Below the pieces are notes generated by a model. That model did not search any database. It was given only the letters and a program-made list of their open reading frames with translations, and had not been told where the DNA came from. Positions 25,518-36,815 of a stretch of 64,000 bases of DNA are shown here, piece by piece. Location of the stretch: contig CAXXHO010000001.1 of assembly GCA_963667725.2 (NCBI GenBank), positions 34,362 to 98,361 of the forward strand, read 5' to 3'. Within the stretch, counting starts at the first letter, position 1. Every line of letters begins with the position of its first letter. The position numbers and the translations under genes are program-made. Origin of the DNA: Treponemataceae bacterium (lineage in GTDB: Bacteria; Spirochaetota; Spirochaetia; Treponematales; Rectinemataceae).

Positions 25518-26471
25518 CTATTTTATGGCGCGCTTCAGCGCGGCGCCCATTGCCTTGATGTTGGCGAGCCAGTCGGGCGCCAGCGGATCGACTTCCACCA
25601 CCACGCCGCCGATCGCGGCCGCGACAGTCCTGGCCGCGTTGGTCGAGAACTGCTTCTGCACGAAAACCACCTTGGCGCCGTCAGCCTTGGCCTCGGCGAT
25701 CAGCGAGGCGAGGGACTTCTGCGTCGGCTCCTTGCCGCCGAGCTCGACCGCCTCCTGAAGAATGCCGAAGCTGTCGAGGAAGTACCCGAAGGAAGGATGG
25801 TAGACGAAAACTTTCCTGCCCTTGAGCGGGGCCAGGTCCTTCGCGAGCGAGGCGAAGGCGGCGTCGATCTCCGCGACGTAGGCGTCGCGGTTCTTCCTGA
25901 ACAGGGCTGCGTCCGCGGGCAGGAGGGCGCAGAGCGCGTCGGTCGCGGCCGAGAGCTGGACCTTCACCGCGTCGCGGCCGAGCCAGACATGGGGGTCGGG
26001 ACCGCCTTCCTCATCATGATCGCCCTCGCCCGCTGCGGCGGGAGCGGCGCCAGAAGCCGCGGCCTCGCCCTCGTGGCTGTGGGATTCGAGCGTCCGAAAC
26101 TTTACGCCCGCCGCGGTGTCGACGATCCCGAGGCGCGGGTAGAGGGCTTTCACCTTCGGCATGAGCGCCTTCTCGAATTCGACGCCGCCGATGGTGAGCC
26201 AGAGCGAGGCGCCGCTCAGGTCGGCCATCTGACGGGGCGTGGGCTCGTAGCTGTGGGGAGAGGCGCCGGGACCGACGAGCGTGAGAATCTTTACCTTGCT
26301 TCCCGCGATGCGCGCGACAAACTCGGACTGGGGGAGAATGCTGACGACCACGGTCGGCGCCTGGGCGGGAGCGGCCGCGGGCGTCCCGGCCCAGACGCCC
26401 GCGAGCGCCGCGAGGGCGAAAACGGCCGCGAGCGGGAATTCGGCCCGATGTGACAAAACTGTTTTCTGCAT
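25518..26471 (-). CDS. znuA: Zn ABC transporter substrate-binding protein
   Basis: SPHSYEPTP, a His/Glu-rich loop, DPHVWL, YHPSFGYF and GKEP. Confidence 0.92.
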   Translation of the reverse strand: MQKTVLSHRAEFPLAAVFALAALAGVWAGTPAAAPAQAPTVVVSILPQSEFVARIAGSKVKILTLVGPGASPHSYEPTPRQMADLSGASLWLTIGGVEFEKALMPKVKALYPRLGIVDTAAGVKFRTLESHSHEGEAAASGAAPAAAGEGDHDEEGGPDPHVWLGRDAVKVQLSAATDALCALLPADAALFRKNRDAYVAEIDAAFASLAKDLAPLKGRKVFVYHPSFGYFLDSFGILQEAVELGGKEPTQKSLASLIAEAKADGAKVVFVQKQFSTNAARTVAAAIGGVVVEVDPLAPDWLANIKAMGAALKRAIK

Positions 26472-26487
26472 AGTCTTGGTACGTTCC

Positions 26488-26553
26488 TTTTGCGAATGAT
26501 TCGCAAAATTAAGTATAGCGAAACAGACCACTATTTGCAAGCCATTCGCAAAT
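26488..26553 (-). promoter_or_regulatory. znuA promoter (TTGCAA-17-TATACT) with two candidate Zur operators
   Basis: Perfect TTTTGCGAAT-G-ATTCGCAAAA at 26488-26508 and degenerate ATTTGCAAGCCATTCGCAAAT at 26533-26553. Confidence 0.75.
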
Positions 26554-26583
26554 CATCCCGGCAGGCAGCTTTCAGCCAGGCGC

Positions 26584-27375
26584 TCAGCTTAGGCGCTGCG
26601 TCAAGCGCCCGACGAGGTACACCGAGACGACGGAGGCGGCGAAGGCCAGCGCGGTGCCGAACCAGGGGCCGATCGTCGGATAGAGGATACCGACGCAGGT
26701 CGTGTAGACGATGATGTTGACGTTGGAAAGGATGAGGATCTTGCCCGTGGCGCGGGCGAAATCGACGCCCTGGCTCCTCACGAGGATGATCATCGTCGTG
26801 GTGAGAACCGCCGGGAAAGTGGCCAGCACGCCGGTCATGTAGGGAGGCGCCACCTGGGCGACAGCCACCGCGCCGGCGACGATGGTGCCGGCGAAGAAGG
26901 CGCGCAGGATCATGACTTTCCAGGAGAAAACGACCGGCTTTTTCTCGACCTTTTCCCTGCCCAGTCTGGTGTCAGCCAGGAAGAAGAGGGAAAGGGCGGC
27001 CGCGGCGAAAAGGGCGAGGGAGGCGGCGTAGCCCAGCGGAGGCAGAACGGCCACGGCGATCGTGGCGACAACAGCCCAGGCGGTCAGCGCGAGCCCGAGG
27101 GCGGCGGCCAGTCCCTTGCCGAGGGCGAAGATGAGGACGGCGACGAAGATCGAATCGATGGCCATGCCAATGGGGACGCCCGCCGTAGCCGCCGCCGCGT
27201 AGCCAGGCCCCTTGGTCAGCGCCATGAAAAGCAGGGAGATGAGGATATTGGACGGCAGATTCCCGATGAGGCCGGCTTTGCGGCTGCCGAGCCGCTCGCC
27301 GATGAAGGTTGCGGCGGCGATCCAGACGCCGGCGATGACGAAGGAGAGCGCAATGCGGAAGACGAGGATGCCCAT
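26584..27375 (-). CDS. Multi-pass membrane protein with two homologous halves (DUF3147-like)
   Basis: Hydrophobic throughout; the halves contain AGLIGNLPS and TGVLATFPA. TATACT lies 6 nt before the ATG. Confidence 0.65.
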   Translation of the reverse strand: MGILVFRIALSFVIAGVWIAAATFIGERLGSRKAGLIGNLPSNILISLLFMALTKGPGYAAAATAGVPIGMAIDSIFVAVLIFALGKGLAAALGLALTAWAVVATIAVAVLPPLGYAASLALFAAAALSLFFLADTRLGREKVEKKPVVFSWKVMILRAFFAGTIVAGAVAVAQVAPPYMTGVLATFPAVLTTTMIILVRSQGVDFARATGKILILSNVNIIVYTTCVGILYPTIGPWFGTALAFAASVVSVYLVGRLTQRLS

Positions 27376-27454
27376 GGGCGCAGTATAGCCCGGCCTTTGC
27401 CCGGGGGAAAAGGCCGTGGTAGAATTAAGCCCGGATCGGCTTAAGGAGGCTTTC

Positions 27455-28444
27455 ATGGACTATGTTCGCTGGGGCGTTCTCTCGGTCTCCACTCATTTCA
27501 GGCTCAGGGTGTGGAACGAGCTCAGGGAAGCTCCGCTCTCCAGAATCGTGGGCATCGCCTCGCGCGACGGCGAGAAGGCCGCCGCCGAAGCCGCGCGGCT
27601 GGACATTCCCCGCGCCTACGCATCCTACGAAGCCCTGCTGGCCGACCCCGATATCGACGCGGTCTACATACCGCTGCCCAACCACCTCCACGCGCCGTGG
27701 GTGAAGGCCGCGGCCGCGGCCGGCAAGCACGTCCTCTGTGAAAAGCCTTTCGCCATGAACGCCGACGAAGCCGAGGAGGCGATCGCCTTCGCGCGGGCGA
27801 AGGGCGTCCGCGTCATGGAAGCCTTCATGTACCGCTACCACCCCCAGTGGCAGCGGGCGAGGCAGATCGTCAGGACCGGGGAACTGGGCAAGGTGGTCAT
27901 GGTGCAAGCGGCCTTCGCCTACAACAACAAGGACCCGAAGAACATCCGCAATATAAAGGAAGCCGGCGGCGGCGGAATCATGGACATCGGCTGCTACGCG
28001 GTGTCCTGCGCGCGCTTCATCCTCGGGGAGGAACCGCGCCGCGCCCTCGCCCTGGTGAACCGCGACTCCCAGCTCGGCACCGACACGCTGAGCTCGGGAC
28101 TCCTCGACTTCAGCGGAGCCCACGCGGGCTTCACCGTGTCAACGCAGGCATTCCCCTTCCAGCGCGTGCAGGTGGTCGGAACCTCGGGCCGCCTCGAGCT
28201 GCGGATTCCCTACAACATGTACCCTGACGTCCCCGCCGAGCTGGAAGTGACGACTGGCGTAGGCGCGAGGACAGTGGCCTGCGGTCCCGCCGGCCAATAC
28301 CGAGCCATGTTCGAGGCCTATTCAAAGCGCATTCTCGAAGGTGCGCCCGAACCGACCCCTCCTGAGGATGCCGTCGCGAACATGAAAGCCCTGGACGCGC
28401 TCTTCCGCTCGGAACGCTCCGGGAGCTGGGAGGAGCTGCGGTAG
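27455..28444 (+). CDS. Gfo/Idh/MocA family oxidoreductase
   Basis: [16 protein letters not shown] and [21 protein letters not shown]. Confidence 0.92.
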   Translation: MDYVRWGVLSVSTHFRLRVWNELREAPLSRIVGIASRDGEKAAAEAARLDIPRAYASYEALLADPDIDAVYIPLPNHLHAPWVKAAAAAGKHVLCEKPFAMNADEAEEAIAFARAKGVRVMEAFMYRYHPQWQRARQIVRTGELGKVVMVQAAFAYNNKDPKNIRNIKEAGGGGIMDIGCYAVSCARFILGEEPRRALALVNRDSQLGTDTLSSGLLDFSGAHAGFTVSTQAFPFQRVQVVGTSGRLELRIPYNMYPDVPAELEVTTGVGARTVACGPAGQYRAMFEAYSKRILEGAPEPTPPEDAVANMKALDALFRSERSGSWEELR

Positions 28445-28559
28445 GGCGCGGCAGCGTGCCGGCTCGCCGCCGGAAGGCGGCGAGCCGCGACCATGCCAGC
28501 ATCGGCATCAAAGGCGGAAGCGTCCAGCTTCCGCCTTTGCATTTTCCTCACTTTTTTCA

Positions 28560-28648
28560 TTGACAGATCCGGAAAGCCGTTCAACAATACAACCGTCGAA
28601 TGTAAACGTGTACATTCATGAAAATGCGTATGGTAATCGTATACATTC
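28560..28648 (+). promoter_or_regulatory. Promoter (-35 TTGACA) with LacI-type operators
   Basis: GAATGTAAACGTGTACATTC at 28598-28617 and a weaker copy, GGTAATCGTATACATTC, downstream. The operon contains a LacI gene. Confidence 0.7.
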
Positions 28649-28679
28649 GGCTAGCAACCCTCTTAAAAGGAGCGCGTCC

Positions 28680-30218
28680 TTGGCAGAACCCCTGATCGTC
28701 GTCAAGAACCTGAACAAGTCCTTTCCGGGCGTCCACGCGCTCAAGGATGTTCGCTTCGACCTCTGCCCGGGCGAAGTGCACACGCTGGTCGGGGAAAACG
28801 GAGCGGGCAAGTCCACCCTCATGAAGGTGATTTCGGGCGTCTACCAGAAAGACTCCGGCGAGATCCTCCTCGATGGCAAGCCGGTCGCCATTCCCAACCC
28901 CAAGGCGGCCCAAAAGCTCGGCATCGCGATCATCCACCAGGAACTCAACCTGATGAACCACCTGACCGCCGCCCAGAACATCTTCATCGGCAGGGAGTCC
29001 AAGGACAGGACGGGCATCTTCCTGGACGAGAAGACGATGAACCGGAAAGCGCAGGAGCTTTTCGGCCTCCTGAAGATCGACATCGATCCGCGCGTCAAGA
29101 TCGGCGAGCTGACCATCGCCAAGCAGCAGATGGTCGAAATCGTGAAAGCCCTCTCCTACGACGCGCGCGTCCTCATCATGGACGAGCCCACCTCGCCCCT
29201 GAACGACGCGGAGATCGAGGAGCTGTTCGGCATAATCCGCGACCTGCGGAGCAAGGGCGTCGCCATCATCTACATCTCGCACCGCATGGACGAGCTTTTT
29301 CGCATCTCGGATCGCATCACGGTGATGCGCGACGGCCAGTACGTCGCCACGCTCAAAGTGAGTGAGACCAACCTCGACCACGTCATCTCCCTGATGGTCG
29401 GCAGGTCGATCGAAGTGACCACCCCGCAGGTGGACCTGGGAGCGAACCGCCCCGTAATGCTCGAAGTGAAGGGGCTGAACCGCGGCAAGGCGCTGAGGGA
29501 CATCAGCTTCAACGCCAAGAAGGGCGAGATCCTCGGCTTCGCGGGGCTCATGGGAGCGGGGCGGACCGAGGCCGCGCGGGCGATTTTCGGCGCCGACCCC
29601 ATCGATTCGGGCGAGATCTGGATCAACGGCGCCAAGGTGAGCATCCGCCACCCCTGCGACGCCGTGCGCCACGGCATCGGCTATCTCTCCGAGGACCGCA
29701 AGCGCTTCGGCATCGCGATAAGCATGGACGTGGAGACGAACTCGGCCATGGCCTCGATGCAGCGCTTCACCGGCTTCGCGGGATTCGTCAGGCGCAAGGA
29801 CATAAGAAAAGCGGCCGAGGACCATGTCGCGAAGCTGTCGATAAAGACGCCGAGCCTGCAGCAGAAGCTCAAGTTCCTGTCGGGCGGCAACCAGCAGAAG
29901 GTGGTCATCGCCAAATGGCTGATCCGCAACTGCGACATCCTCTTCTTCGACGAGCCGACCCGCGGCATCGACATCGGCGCCAAGCAGGAGATCTACTCGC
30001 TGCTGAACGAGCTGGCCGACGCCGGCAAGACCATCATCATGATTTCGTCGGAGCTGCCGGAGATCCTGAGGCTGAGCCACCGCATCATCGTGATGTGCGA
30101 GGGCAGGATCACCGGGGAGCTTTCCGCCTCCGAAGCGACGCAGGAAAGGATCATGAAGCTCGCCACGCAGCGCGAGACCATGGTCAAAGCGGCCGCGAAA
30201 CAAACCGTGAAGGAATGA
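28680..30218 (+). CDS. Monosaccharide ABC transporter ATP-binding protein (RbsA/MglA-like)
   Basis: GENGAGKS, two ABC domains and [11 protein letters not shown] start after AAAAGGAG. Confidence 0.94.
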   Translation: MAEPLIVVKNLNKSFPGVHALKDVRFDLCPGEVHTLVGENGAGKSTLMKVISGVYQKDSGEILLDGKPVAIPNPKAAQKLGIAIIHQELNLMNHLTAAQNIFIGRESKDRTGIFLDEKTMNRKAQELFGLLKIDIDPRVKIGELTIAKQQMVEIVKALSYDARVLIMDEPTSPLNDAEIEELFGIIRDLRSKGVAIIYISHRMDELFRISDRITVMRDGQYVATLKVSETNLDHVISLMVGRSIEVTTPQVDLGANRPVMLEVKGLNRGKALRDISFNAKKGEILGFAGLMGAGRTEAARAIFGADPIDSGEIWINGAKVSIRHPCDAVRHGIGYLSEDRKRFGIAISMDVETNSAMASMQRFTGFAGFVRRKDIRKAAEDHVAKLSIKTPSLQQKLKFLSGGNQQKVVIAKWLIRNCDILFFDEPTRGIDIGAKQEIYSLLNELADAGKTIIMISSELPEILRLSHRIIVMCEGRITGELSASEATQERIMKLATQRETMVKAAAKQTVKE

Positions 30219-30220
30219 CT

Positions 30221-31222
30221 ATGGCAACAGCAGCAACCATGAAGACCGAAGGCGCCGCGAAGGACGCCTTCAAATCATCGCAGGCGAAGCAGAAGATCCT
30301 GGCCTTCTCCAGCCTGGTCATCCTGATCGTGGGATTCTCGCTGGCGTCGCCCAACTTCTTCCAGCCGGCCAACCTGATCGCCATCATGCTGGCGACGGCG
30401 GTGAACGGCGTGCTGGCCGTGGGCGTCAACTTCATCATCATCACCGGCGGCATCGACCTGTCGATCGGCACGCTGATGACGCTGACCGCGGTGATGTCGG
30501 CCCAGGCCGTCGTCAACTGGCATCTGCCCATCTGGGTCGGCCTGGCCGTCGCCATCCTGACCGGCGTAGTCTGCGGCGGGCTTTCGGGCGTGATGGTGGC
30601 CAAGCTCAAGCTGCCGCCCTTTATCGCCACCCTCGGCATGAACCTGTTCACCAAGGGGCTCTCGCTGATCATCGCCCACTCCAAGCCGATCTACTTCTCG
30701 GAGTACCCGGCCTACAACCAGATTTCGATGGGATCGCTCTTCACCTTCACCGAGGATTTCCAGATACCGAACGCGGTGCTGATCTTTTTCGCCGTGGCCA
30801 TCGTGGCGGCGATCATCCTGACCAAGACGACCTTCGGCCGCTACACCTTCGCCATCGGCTCCAACGAGGAGGCTGTGCGCCTGTCGGGCATCAACACCGA
30901 CAAGTGGAAGATCGCCGTGTACGCCTTCTGCGGCGCCATCGTCGGCATCGCCGGCATCCTGATCGGTTCGCGGCTCAGCTCGGCGCAGCCGGCCCTGGGC
31001 CAGGGCTACGAGCTGGACGCCATCGCGGCGGTCGTGATCGGCGGCACGTCGATGTCGGGCGGCGAGGGCACGATCCTGGGCACCATCATCGGCGCCTTCA
31101 TCATCAGCACGCTGACGAACGGCCTGCGCATCCTGTCGGTGCCCCAGGAGTGGCAGATCGTGACGACGGGCGCCATCATCATCTTCGCCGTCTACCTCGA
31201 CATCCTGCGACGCAGGAAATGA
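30221..31222 (+). CDS. Monosaccharide ABC transporter permease (RbsC-like)
   Basis: GGIDLSIG, PPFIATLG, GSNEEAVRLSGI and YELDAIAAVVIGG. Confidence 0.93.
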   Translation: MATAATMKTEGAAKDAFKSSQAKQKILAFSSLVILIVGFSLASPNFFQPANLIAIMLATAVNGVLAVGVNFIIITGGIDLSIGTLMTLTAVMSAQAVVNWHLPIWVGLAVAILTGVVCGGLSGVMVAKLKLPPFIATLGMNLFTKGLSLIIAHSKPIYFSEYPAYNQISMGSLFTFTEDFQIPNAVLIFFAVAIVAAIILTKTTFGRYTFAIGSNEEAVRLSGINTDKWKIAVYAFCGAIVGIAGILIGSRLSSAQPALGQGYELDAIAAVVIGGTSMSGGEGTILGTIIGAFIISTLTNGLRILSVPQEWQIVTTGAIIIFAVYLDILRRRK

Positions 31223-31361
31223 GGCGGCGGCGCTGCAGGAAGTGAGGCGGAAGCGCCGGGCCGCATGAGGCCAAGCCCGAGGGCGCGCCGGCAAGGGGCG
31301 CATCGATATTGTTTCTACCCGGTCCCATCGGGGAACCGGAGAGTAAAAAGAGGAGGTTGCT

Positions 31362-32309
31362 ATGAAGAATAAGAAGCTCGTCGCGAGCCTTATCGTAGCA
31401 ATGCTATTGGTCACGGTGTCCGGGGTGTTCGCCCAGCAGCAGCTGTACATTCCCCTGATCTCCAAGGGCTTCCAGCATCAGTTCTGGCAGGCCGTCAAGC
31501 AGGGCGCCGAACAGGCGGCCAAGGATTACAAGGTCACGATCACTTTCGAAGGCCCCGAGTCCGAAACCATGGTCGACAAGCAGATCGACATGTTGTCCGC
31601 CGCGCTGGCCAAGAAGCCGGCCGCCCTCGGATTCGCCGCCCTCGACAGCAAGGCCGCCCTGCCCCTGCTCCAGAAGGCCAAAGCCGCCAACATCCCCGTC
31701 ATCGCCTTCGACTCCGGCGTCGACAGCGACATCCCCCTGACCACCTGCGCGACCGACAACGTTGCCGCGGCCGCCTATGCCGCCGACATGATGGCCAAGC
31801 TCATCAACAACGAAGGCGAAGTCGCCGTCATCGTCCACGACCAGACCAGCCGCACCGGCATCGACCGCCGCGACGGTTTCGTCAACAGGATCAAGGCGAA
31901 GTATCCCAAGATCAAGGTCGTCGCCGTGCAGTACGGCGAGGGCGACCACCTGAAGTCCACCGACCTGGCCAAGGCCATCATCCAGTCCCACCCGAACCTC
32001 AAGGGATTCTTCGGCGCCAACGAAGGCTCCGCCATCGGCGTGATGAACGGCGTCAAGGAAATGAAGAAGATCGGCAAGATCGTGGTGATCGGCTACGACT
32101 CCGGCGCCCAGCAGATCGCGGCCATCAAGGCCGGCGAGATGAACGGCGCCATCACCCAGAACCCGGTCGGCATCGGCTACAAGACCGTCGAGTGCGCCGT
32201 GAAGGCCCTCAAGGGCGAGAAGTTCCCGAAAGTCGTCGACACCGGTTTCTACTACTACGACAAGACCAACATCGACGATCCCAAGATCAAGGCCGTCTTG
32301 TATCAGTGA
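31362..32309 (+). CDS. Monosaccharide ABC transporter substrate-binding protein
   Basis: Signal peptide; HQFWQAV, FDSG, TDN and TQNP; RBS GAGGAGG. Confidence 0.93.
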   Translation: MKNKKLVASLIVAMLLVTVSGVFAQQQLYIPLISKGFQHQFWQAVKQGAEQAAKDYKVTITFEGPESETMVDKQIDMLSAALAKKPAALGFAALDSKAALPLLQKAKAANIPVIAFDSGVDSDIPLTTCATDNVAAAAYAADMMAKLINNEGEVAVIVHDQTSRTGIDRRDGFVNRIKAKYPKIKVVAVQYGEGDHLKSTDLAKAIIQSHPNLKGFFGANEGSAIGVMNGVKEMKKIGKIVVIGYDSGAQQIAAIKAGEMNGAITQNPVGIGYKTVECAVKALKGEKFPKVVDTGFYYYDKTNIDDPKIKAVLYQ

Positions 32310-32338
32310 GCCTTTCTCCGGTAAGGTAATTTGACTAT

Positions 32339-32378
32339 GGCGCCCCGCGGCCCGCGCGGCGGCGGGGCGCCCGCTTTT
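32339..32378 (+). terminator. Stem-loop or possible terminator after the SBP gene
   Basis: GGCGCCCCGC...GCGGGGCGCC followed by CGCTTTT. Confidence 0.5.
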
Positions 32379-32413
32379 AAACCCATCATACGGAATACAT
32401 TCGGAGCTGCGCG

Positions 32414-33373
32414 ATGATCATCTGCTGCGGGGAAAACTTGATCGACATGGTGCCGGCCGAAACCGGCGAGAAGACGCCCTATGGAAGCTTCCGGGTCGCC
32501 CCCGGCGGCTGCCCCTACAACAGCGCCATCGCCGCGGCGCGCCTCGGCGCCGACGTGCAGTTCCTGGGGGCCATGGCCTCCGATTTCCTCGGCGACAAGC
32601 TCTTTTCGCGGCTCGCCGAGAACAAGGTCGGCACCGACCTCCTCGTGCGCGCCGACCGGCCCGTGCTCCTGGCTTTCGTCGAGAAGAACGCAGCCGGCGA
32701 GGCGCGCTACGCGTTCTACGCCGAGGGCGCGGCCGACCGCTCCCTCTCCTGGGCCGACATCCCGCCCGCCCTGCCGTCCGCGGCGCGCTTCCTCCTGGCG
32801 GGATCGATCTCCATCGTCATGGAGCCGGAAGCGGGCACCATCCTCAGGCTGGTCGAGCGCGAGAAAAACCGGCTCATCGTCAGCTTCGACCCGAACATCA
32901 GGCCCTCCCTCATCCCCGACCGGGCGGCCTATCTCAAGAAATTCGAAGCCTTCTGCGGCGCCTGCGGCATCGTGAAGGCTTCCGACACCGACCTCGAATG
33001 GCTCTACGGTCCCATCCCCGAGGAGGAGATCGTATCGAAACTATTGAAACTGGGACCCGAGCTCGTCTTCGTGACTCGGGGCGAGAAGGGCAGCGCGGCC
33101 TATACCAGAATGGCCAAAGTCAGCCTGCCGGCATTCAAGGTTCCCGTCGCGGACACGATCGGCGCGGGCGACACCTTCCACGCCGCGGTGCTCGCCGCCC
33201 TGGACCGCAAGGGCGCGGACAGCCGCGAAAAACTGGCCGGGCTCAAAGCCGCCGACCTCGAGGCGCTCCTGCGCTTCGCGGCCGCGGCGGCCGCCCTGAA
33301 CTGCACGAAGGAGGGGGCCAATCCCCCCACCCTCGCCGAACTCGAACGGGCGTATCCCGGCTGCGGCCTTTAA
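32414..33373 (+). CDS. PfkB family carbohydrate kinase (fructokinase-like)
   Basis: GENLID, PGGCPYN, FDPNIRP and DTIGAGDTF. Confidence 0.92.
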   Translation: MIICCGENLIDMVPAETGEKTPYGSFRVAPGGCPYNSAIAAARLGADVQFLGAMASDFLGDKLFSRLAENKVGTDLLVRADRPVLLAFVEKNAAGEARYAFYAEGAADRSLSWADIPPALPSAARFLLAGSISIVMEPEAGTILRLVEREKNRLIVSFDPNIRPSLIPDRAAYLKKFEAFCGACGIVKASDTDLEWLYGPIPEEEIVSKLLKLGPELVFVTRGEKGSAAYTRMAKVSLPAFKVPVADTIGAGDTFHAAVLAALDRKGADSREKLAGLKAADLEALLRFAAAAAALNCTKEGANPPTLAELERAYPGCGL

Positions 33374-33399
33374 AGCAGCAGGAACCTTAGGAGGCACTA

Positions 33400-33840
33400 G
33401 TGCTGATCGGCATCAAACCCTGCATTTCCGCGGAGCTGCTTTCCGTGCTCTACCGCATGGGACACGGCGACGAGATCGTCCTCGCCGACGCCTTCTTCAC
33501 CGGCGACGCCCTCAACGCTAGGGTGGTCCGCGCCGACGGCATCAAGATCGCCGACCTGCTGGACGGGATCCTGCGCCTCATCAACCTGGACGCCTACGAC
33601 AAGGCGCCGGTCGTCATGATGCAGCCCACGGCCGGCGACGCCATCGACCCGTCCGTCGAGCGGCGCTACCGCGAGGCGATCGACCGCTACTGGCCCGACA
33701 CCCCGCCCATCGCGCGCATGGAGCGCTTCGCCTTCTACGAGCGCACGAGGAAGGCCTTCGCCGTCGTGATGACGGGCGAAACCGCCCCCTACGGCAACAT
33801 CATCCTCAAGAAGGGCGTTCCGCCCATCACGGTAGCGTGA
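33400..33840 (+). CDS. fucU: L-fucose mutarotase (RbsD/FucU family)
   Basis: MGHGDEIVLADAFF, ERFAFYE and TGETAPYGNIILKKG. Confidence 0.9.
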   Translation: MLIGIKPCISAELLSVLYRMGHGDEIVLADAFFTGDALNARVVRADGIKIADLLDGILRLINLDAYDKAPVVMMQPTAGDAIDPSVERRYREAIDRYWPDTPPIARMERFAFYERTRKAFAVVMTGETAPYGNIILKKGVPPITVA

Positions 33841-33853
33841 GGAAAAGCCCGCC

Positions 33854-34861
33854 ATGACCAAGCGCAGCGTGACCATCCGCGACGTGGCGAGGTACGCCCT
33901 CGTGTCCACGGCCACGGTGTCGCGCGTGCTCAACGACGACGACCGAGTGGCCCAGGCGACCCGCGACAAGGTGCACGAGGCCATGGACCGGCTGGGCTAC
34001 AAGGTCAACTTCGTCGCGCGCAGCCTCAAGACCTCGCGCACCAAGACCATAGGCATCATGGCGCCCGACCTGTCGGGCGACTACTTCATGTACATCGCCG
34101 AGAGCATGGACCGCGAGCTTCAGGCGAATGGCTACTCCCTCGTCGTCTGCGTGTCCCACGACTCGATCGACGAGGAGTCGAAGCGCCTCAGGCACCTGGC
34201 CGAGCGCCTGGTGGACGGCGTCGTCATGATTCCGGCCACCGACCGCGGCTCCCACTTCGCTTTTTTGAAGGAGTGCGGCATTCCGGTGGTCTGCGTCGAC
34301 CGCATGGTCAAGGACATCGGCATCGACAGCGTGCTGACCGAGAACGAAGAGGGCGCCTACGAGGCTACGAGCGCCCTGATCAAGGACGGCTGCGCGCGCA
34401 TCGGCTTTATCGGCGGCAAGCCCGAGATCTCGACCTCTATCGAGCGCTTCGCCGGCTACAAGCGGGCAATGGAGGAAGCGGGCTTGCCGATCGAGCCCGA
34501 CTTCGTCCGATTCGGCCCCCCGACCCTCCCCTTCGGCTACCACGCCATGGAGGAGATGGTCAAACGCGAGGATTCGCCGGACGCATGGTTCCTGGTGAAT
34601 GCCTTTACGCACATCGGCGCGACGAACTACCTGTTGACCGAGGGCAGGGCGCGCGCCACGCGCACGGTGTTCGCCGCCTTTGACGAGATGCCCTACTCGC
34701 CCCTGCTGCGCTTCTGCCGCTACTCGGTGCAGCAGCCCATCGCCGAACTGGGCAAAACGGCGGCCAGGCTCATCATCAAGCGGATCAGGGAGCCCGACGA
34801 AAGCGCGGCCCAGATAATCAGGCTAAAAACGCGGCTCATACGGCACGCGGTCAGACAATAG
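33854..34861 (+). CDS. LacI family transcriptional regulator
   Basis: [24 protein letters not shown] followed by a sugar-binding domain. Confidence 0.94.
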   Translation: MTKRSVTIRDVARYALVSTATVSRVLNDDDRVAQATRDKVHEAMDRLGYKVNFVARSLKTSRTKTIGIMAPDLSGDYFMYIAESMDRELQANGYSLVVCVSHDSIDEESKRLRHLAERLVDGVVMIPATDRGSHFAFLKECGIPVVCVDRMVKDIGIDSVLTENEEGAYEATSALIKDGCARIGFIGGKPEISTSIERFAGYKRAMEEAGLPIEPDFVRFGPPTLPFGYHAMEEMVKREDSPDAWFLVNAFTHIGATNYLLTEGRARATRTVFAAFDEMPYSPLLRFCRYSVQQPIAELGKTAARLIIKRIREPDESAAQIIRLKTRLIRHAVRQ

Positions 34862-34890
34862 ACGAACAAAATTCCATCAGGAGGATCGAT

Positions 34891-36699
34891 ATGGCAGAAT
34901 TCGAAGTGAAGGCGCCGACGATGAGGCTGCAGGGCGGACTACCCAAGGTCGGCATCAGGCCGGCGATCGACGGGCGCCGCCGCGGCGTGCGCGAGAGCCT
35001 TGAAGACGTGACCATGGGCATGGCGGCCGCGGCTGCCAAGCTCATTTCCGAAAACTTGCGCCACGCGTCCGGCCAGCCGGTCGAGTGCGTGATCGCCGAT
35101 ACGACGATCGGCGGCGTCGCCGAGGCGGCGGCCTGCCAGGCAAAGTTCGAGCGCGAGGGCGTGGCCGTGACGCTCACCGTGACGCCCTGCTGGTGCTACG
35201 GCTCCGAGACCATGGACATGGACCGCTCGACCATCAAAGCCGTGTGGGGCTTCAACGGCACGGACAGGCCCGGCGCCGTCTACCTGGCCGCCGTCCTGGC
35301 CGCGCACAGCCAGAAAGGCCTGCCCGCCTTCGGCATCTACGGCCGCGACGTCCAGGACATGAACGACATCGGCAGCATCCCCGCCGACGTCGCCGACAAG
35401 ATCCTGCGCTTCGCCCGCGCGGCCATCGCCGCCGCCGCCATGCGCGGCAAGAGCTACCTCTCCCTCGGCTCGGTCTCCATGGGCATCGCCGGTTCCACCG
35501 TCGACCCGGACTTCTTCCAGGACTACCTGGGCATGCGGAACGAGTACGTGGACATGAGCGAGATCACCCGCCGCCTGGAGGAGAAGATCTATTCCGACGC
35601 CGAATTCAGGCGCGCCCTGGCCTGGACCAAGGAGCACTGCAAGGAAGGCCCTGACAACAACCCGCCCGAGATCCAGCACTCCCGCGCCAAGAAGGACAAG
35701 GTCTGGGAAACCTGCGTCAAAATGACGATGATCATGCGCGACCTGATGGTCGGCAATCCCGATCTGCGCCGCAAGGGACTGGACGAGGAGGCCCTCGGCC
35801 ACAACGCCATCCTGGCCGGATTCCAGGGCCAGCGCCACTGGGACGACCACTCGCCCAACGGCGACTTCCTCGAGACCCTGCTCAACACCAGCTTCGACTG
35901 GAACGGCATCCGCGAGCCCTACATCGTCGCCACCGAGAACGACTCCCTGAACGGCGTGGCCATGCTCTTCGGCCACCTGCTCACCGGCCGCGCGCAGATA
36001 TTCTCCGACGTGCGCACCTACTGGAGCCCCGAGGCGGTCGAGCGCGTCACCGGCTGGAAGCCCACGGGCGTGGCCAAGGACGGCTTCATCCACCTGATCA
36101 ACTCCGGCGCCACCACCATGGACGGCACCGGCGCCCAGCGCGACGCCGAGGGCAAGCCGACGATGAAGCAGTGGTGGGAGGTGACCGAGAAGGACGCCAA
36201 GGCCTGCCTGGACGCCACGAGCTGGCGCTACGCCTCCCTGGGCTACTTCCGCGGCGGCGGCTATTCCTCAGACTTCCTGACCGAGGGCGGTATGCCCGTG
36301 ACGATGATGCGCGTCAACCTGGTGAAAGGCCTGGGGCCCATGCTCCAGATCGCCGAGGGCTGGACCGCCACCCTGCCGGCCAACGTCCACGACAAGCTCG
36401 ACCTCCGCACCGACCCGACCTGGCCGACCACCTGGTTCGTGCCCAGGACGACCGGCGAGGGCGCCTTCAAGGACGTGTACTCGGTGATGGCCAACTGGGG
36501 CGCCAACCACGGCGCGATCTCCTACGGCCACGTCGGCGCCGACCTCGTCACCCTGGCCTCGATGCTGCGCATCCCCGTGGCGATGCACAACGTGCCCGCC
36601 GACGAGATCTTCAGGCCGAGCTACTGGCGCGCCTTCGGGATGGACGCCGAGGGTTCGGACTACCGCGCCTGCGCCGCCCTGGGGCCGATGTACAAGTAA
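34891..36699 (+). CDS. fucI: L-fucose isomerase
   Basis: IGIRP-like [36 protein letters not shown] and WGANHG. Confidence 0.96.
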   Translation: MAEFEVKAPTMRLQGGLPKVGIRPAIDGRRRGVRESLEDVTMGMAAAAAKLISENLRHASGQPVECVIADTTIGGVAEAAACQAKFEREGVAVTLTVTPCWCYGSETMDMDRSTIKAVWGFNGTDRPGAVYLAAVLAAHSQKGLPAFGIYGRDVQDMNDIGSIPADVADKILRFARAAIAAAAMRGKSYLSLGSVSMGIAGSTVDPDFFQDYLGMRNEYVDMSEITRRLEEKIYSDAEFRRALAWTKEHCKEGPDNNPPEIQHSRAKKDKVWETCVKMTMIMRDLMVGNPDLRRKGLDEEALGHNAILAGFQGQRHWDDHSPNGDFLETLLNTSFDWNGIREPYIVATENDSLNGVAMLFGHLLTGRAQIFSDVRTYWSPEAVERVTGWKPTGVAKDGFIHLINSGATTMDGTGAQRDAEGKPTMKQWWEVTEKDAKACLDATSWRYASLGYFRGGGYSSDFLTEGGMPVTMMRVNLVKGLGPMLQIAEGWTATLPANVHDKLDLRTDPTWPTTWFVPRTTGEGAFKDVYSVMANWGANHGAISYGHVGADLVTLASMLRIPVAMHNVPADEIFRPSYWRAFGMDAEGSDYRACAALGPMYK

Positions 36700-36729
36700 A
36701 TCTCAACGATACTGAACATTTCCCTCATT

Positions 36730-36765
36730 AAAAAAGGCCGCCCCGCGAGGGACGGCCTTTTTTTT
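36730..36765. terminator. Bidirectional Rho-independent terminator
   Basis: AAAAAAGGCCG...CGGCCTTTTTTTT between convergent genes. Confidence 0.85.
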
Positions 36766-36815
36766 CCGCGAGGAGGCGGCGGGGCGCGCGGGTCGTTCCG
36801 GCGCGCCCTCGCGCC

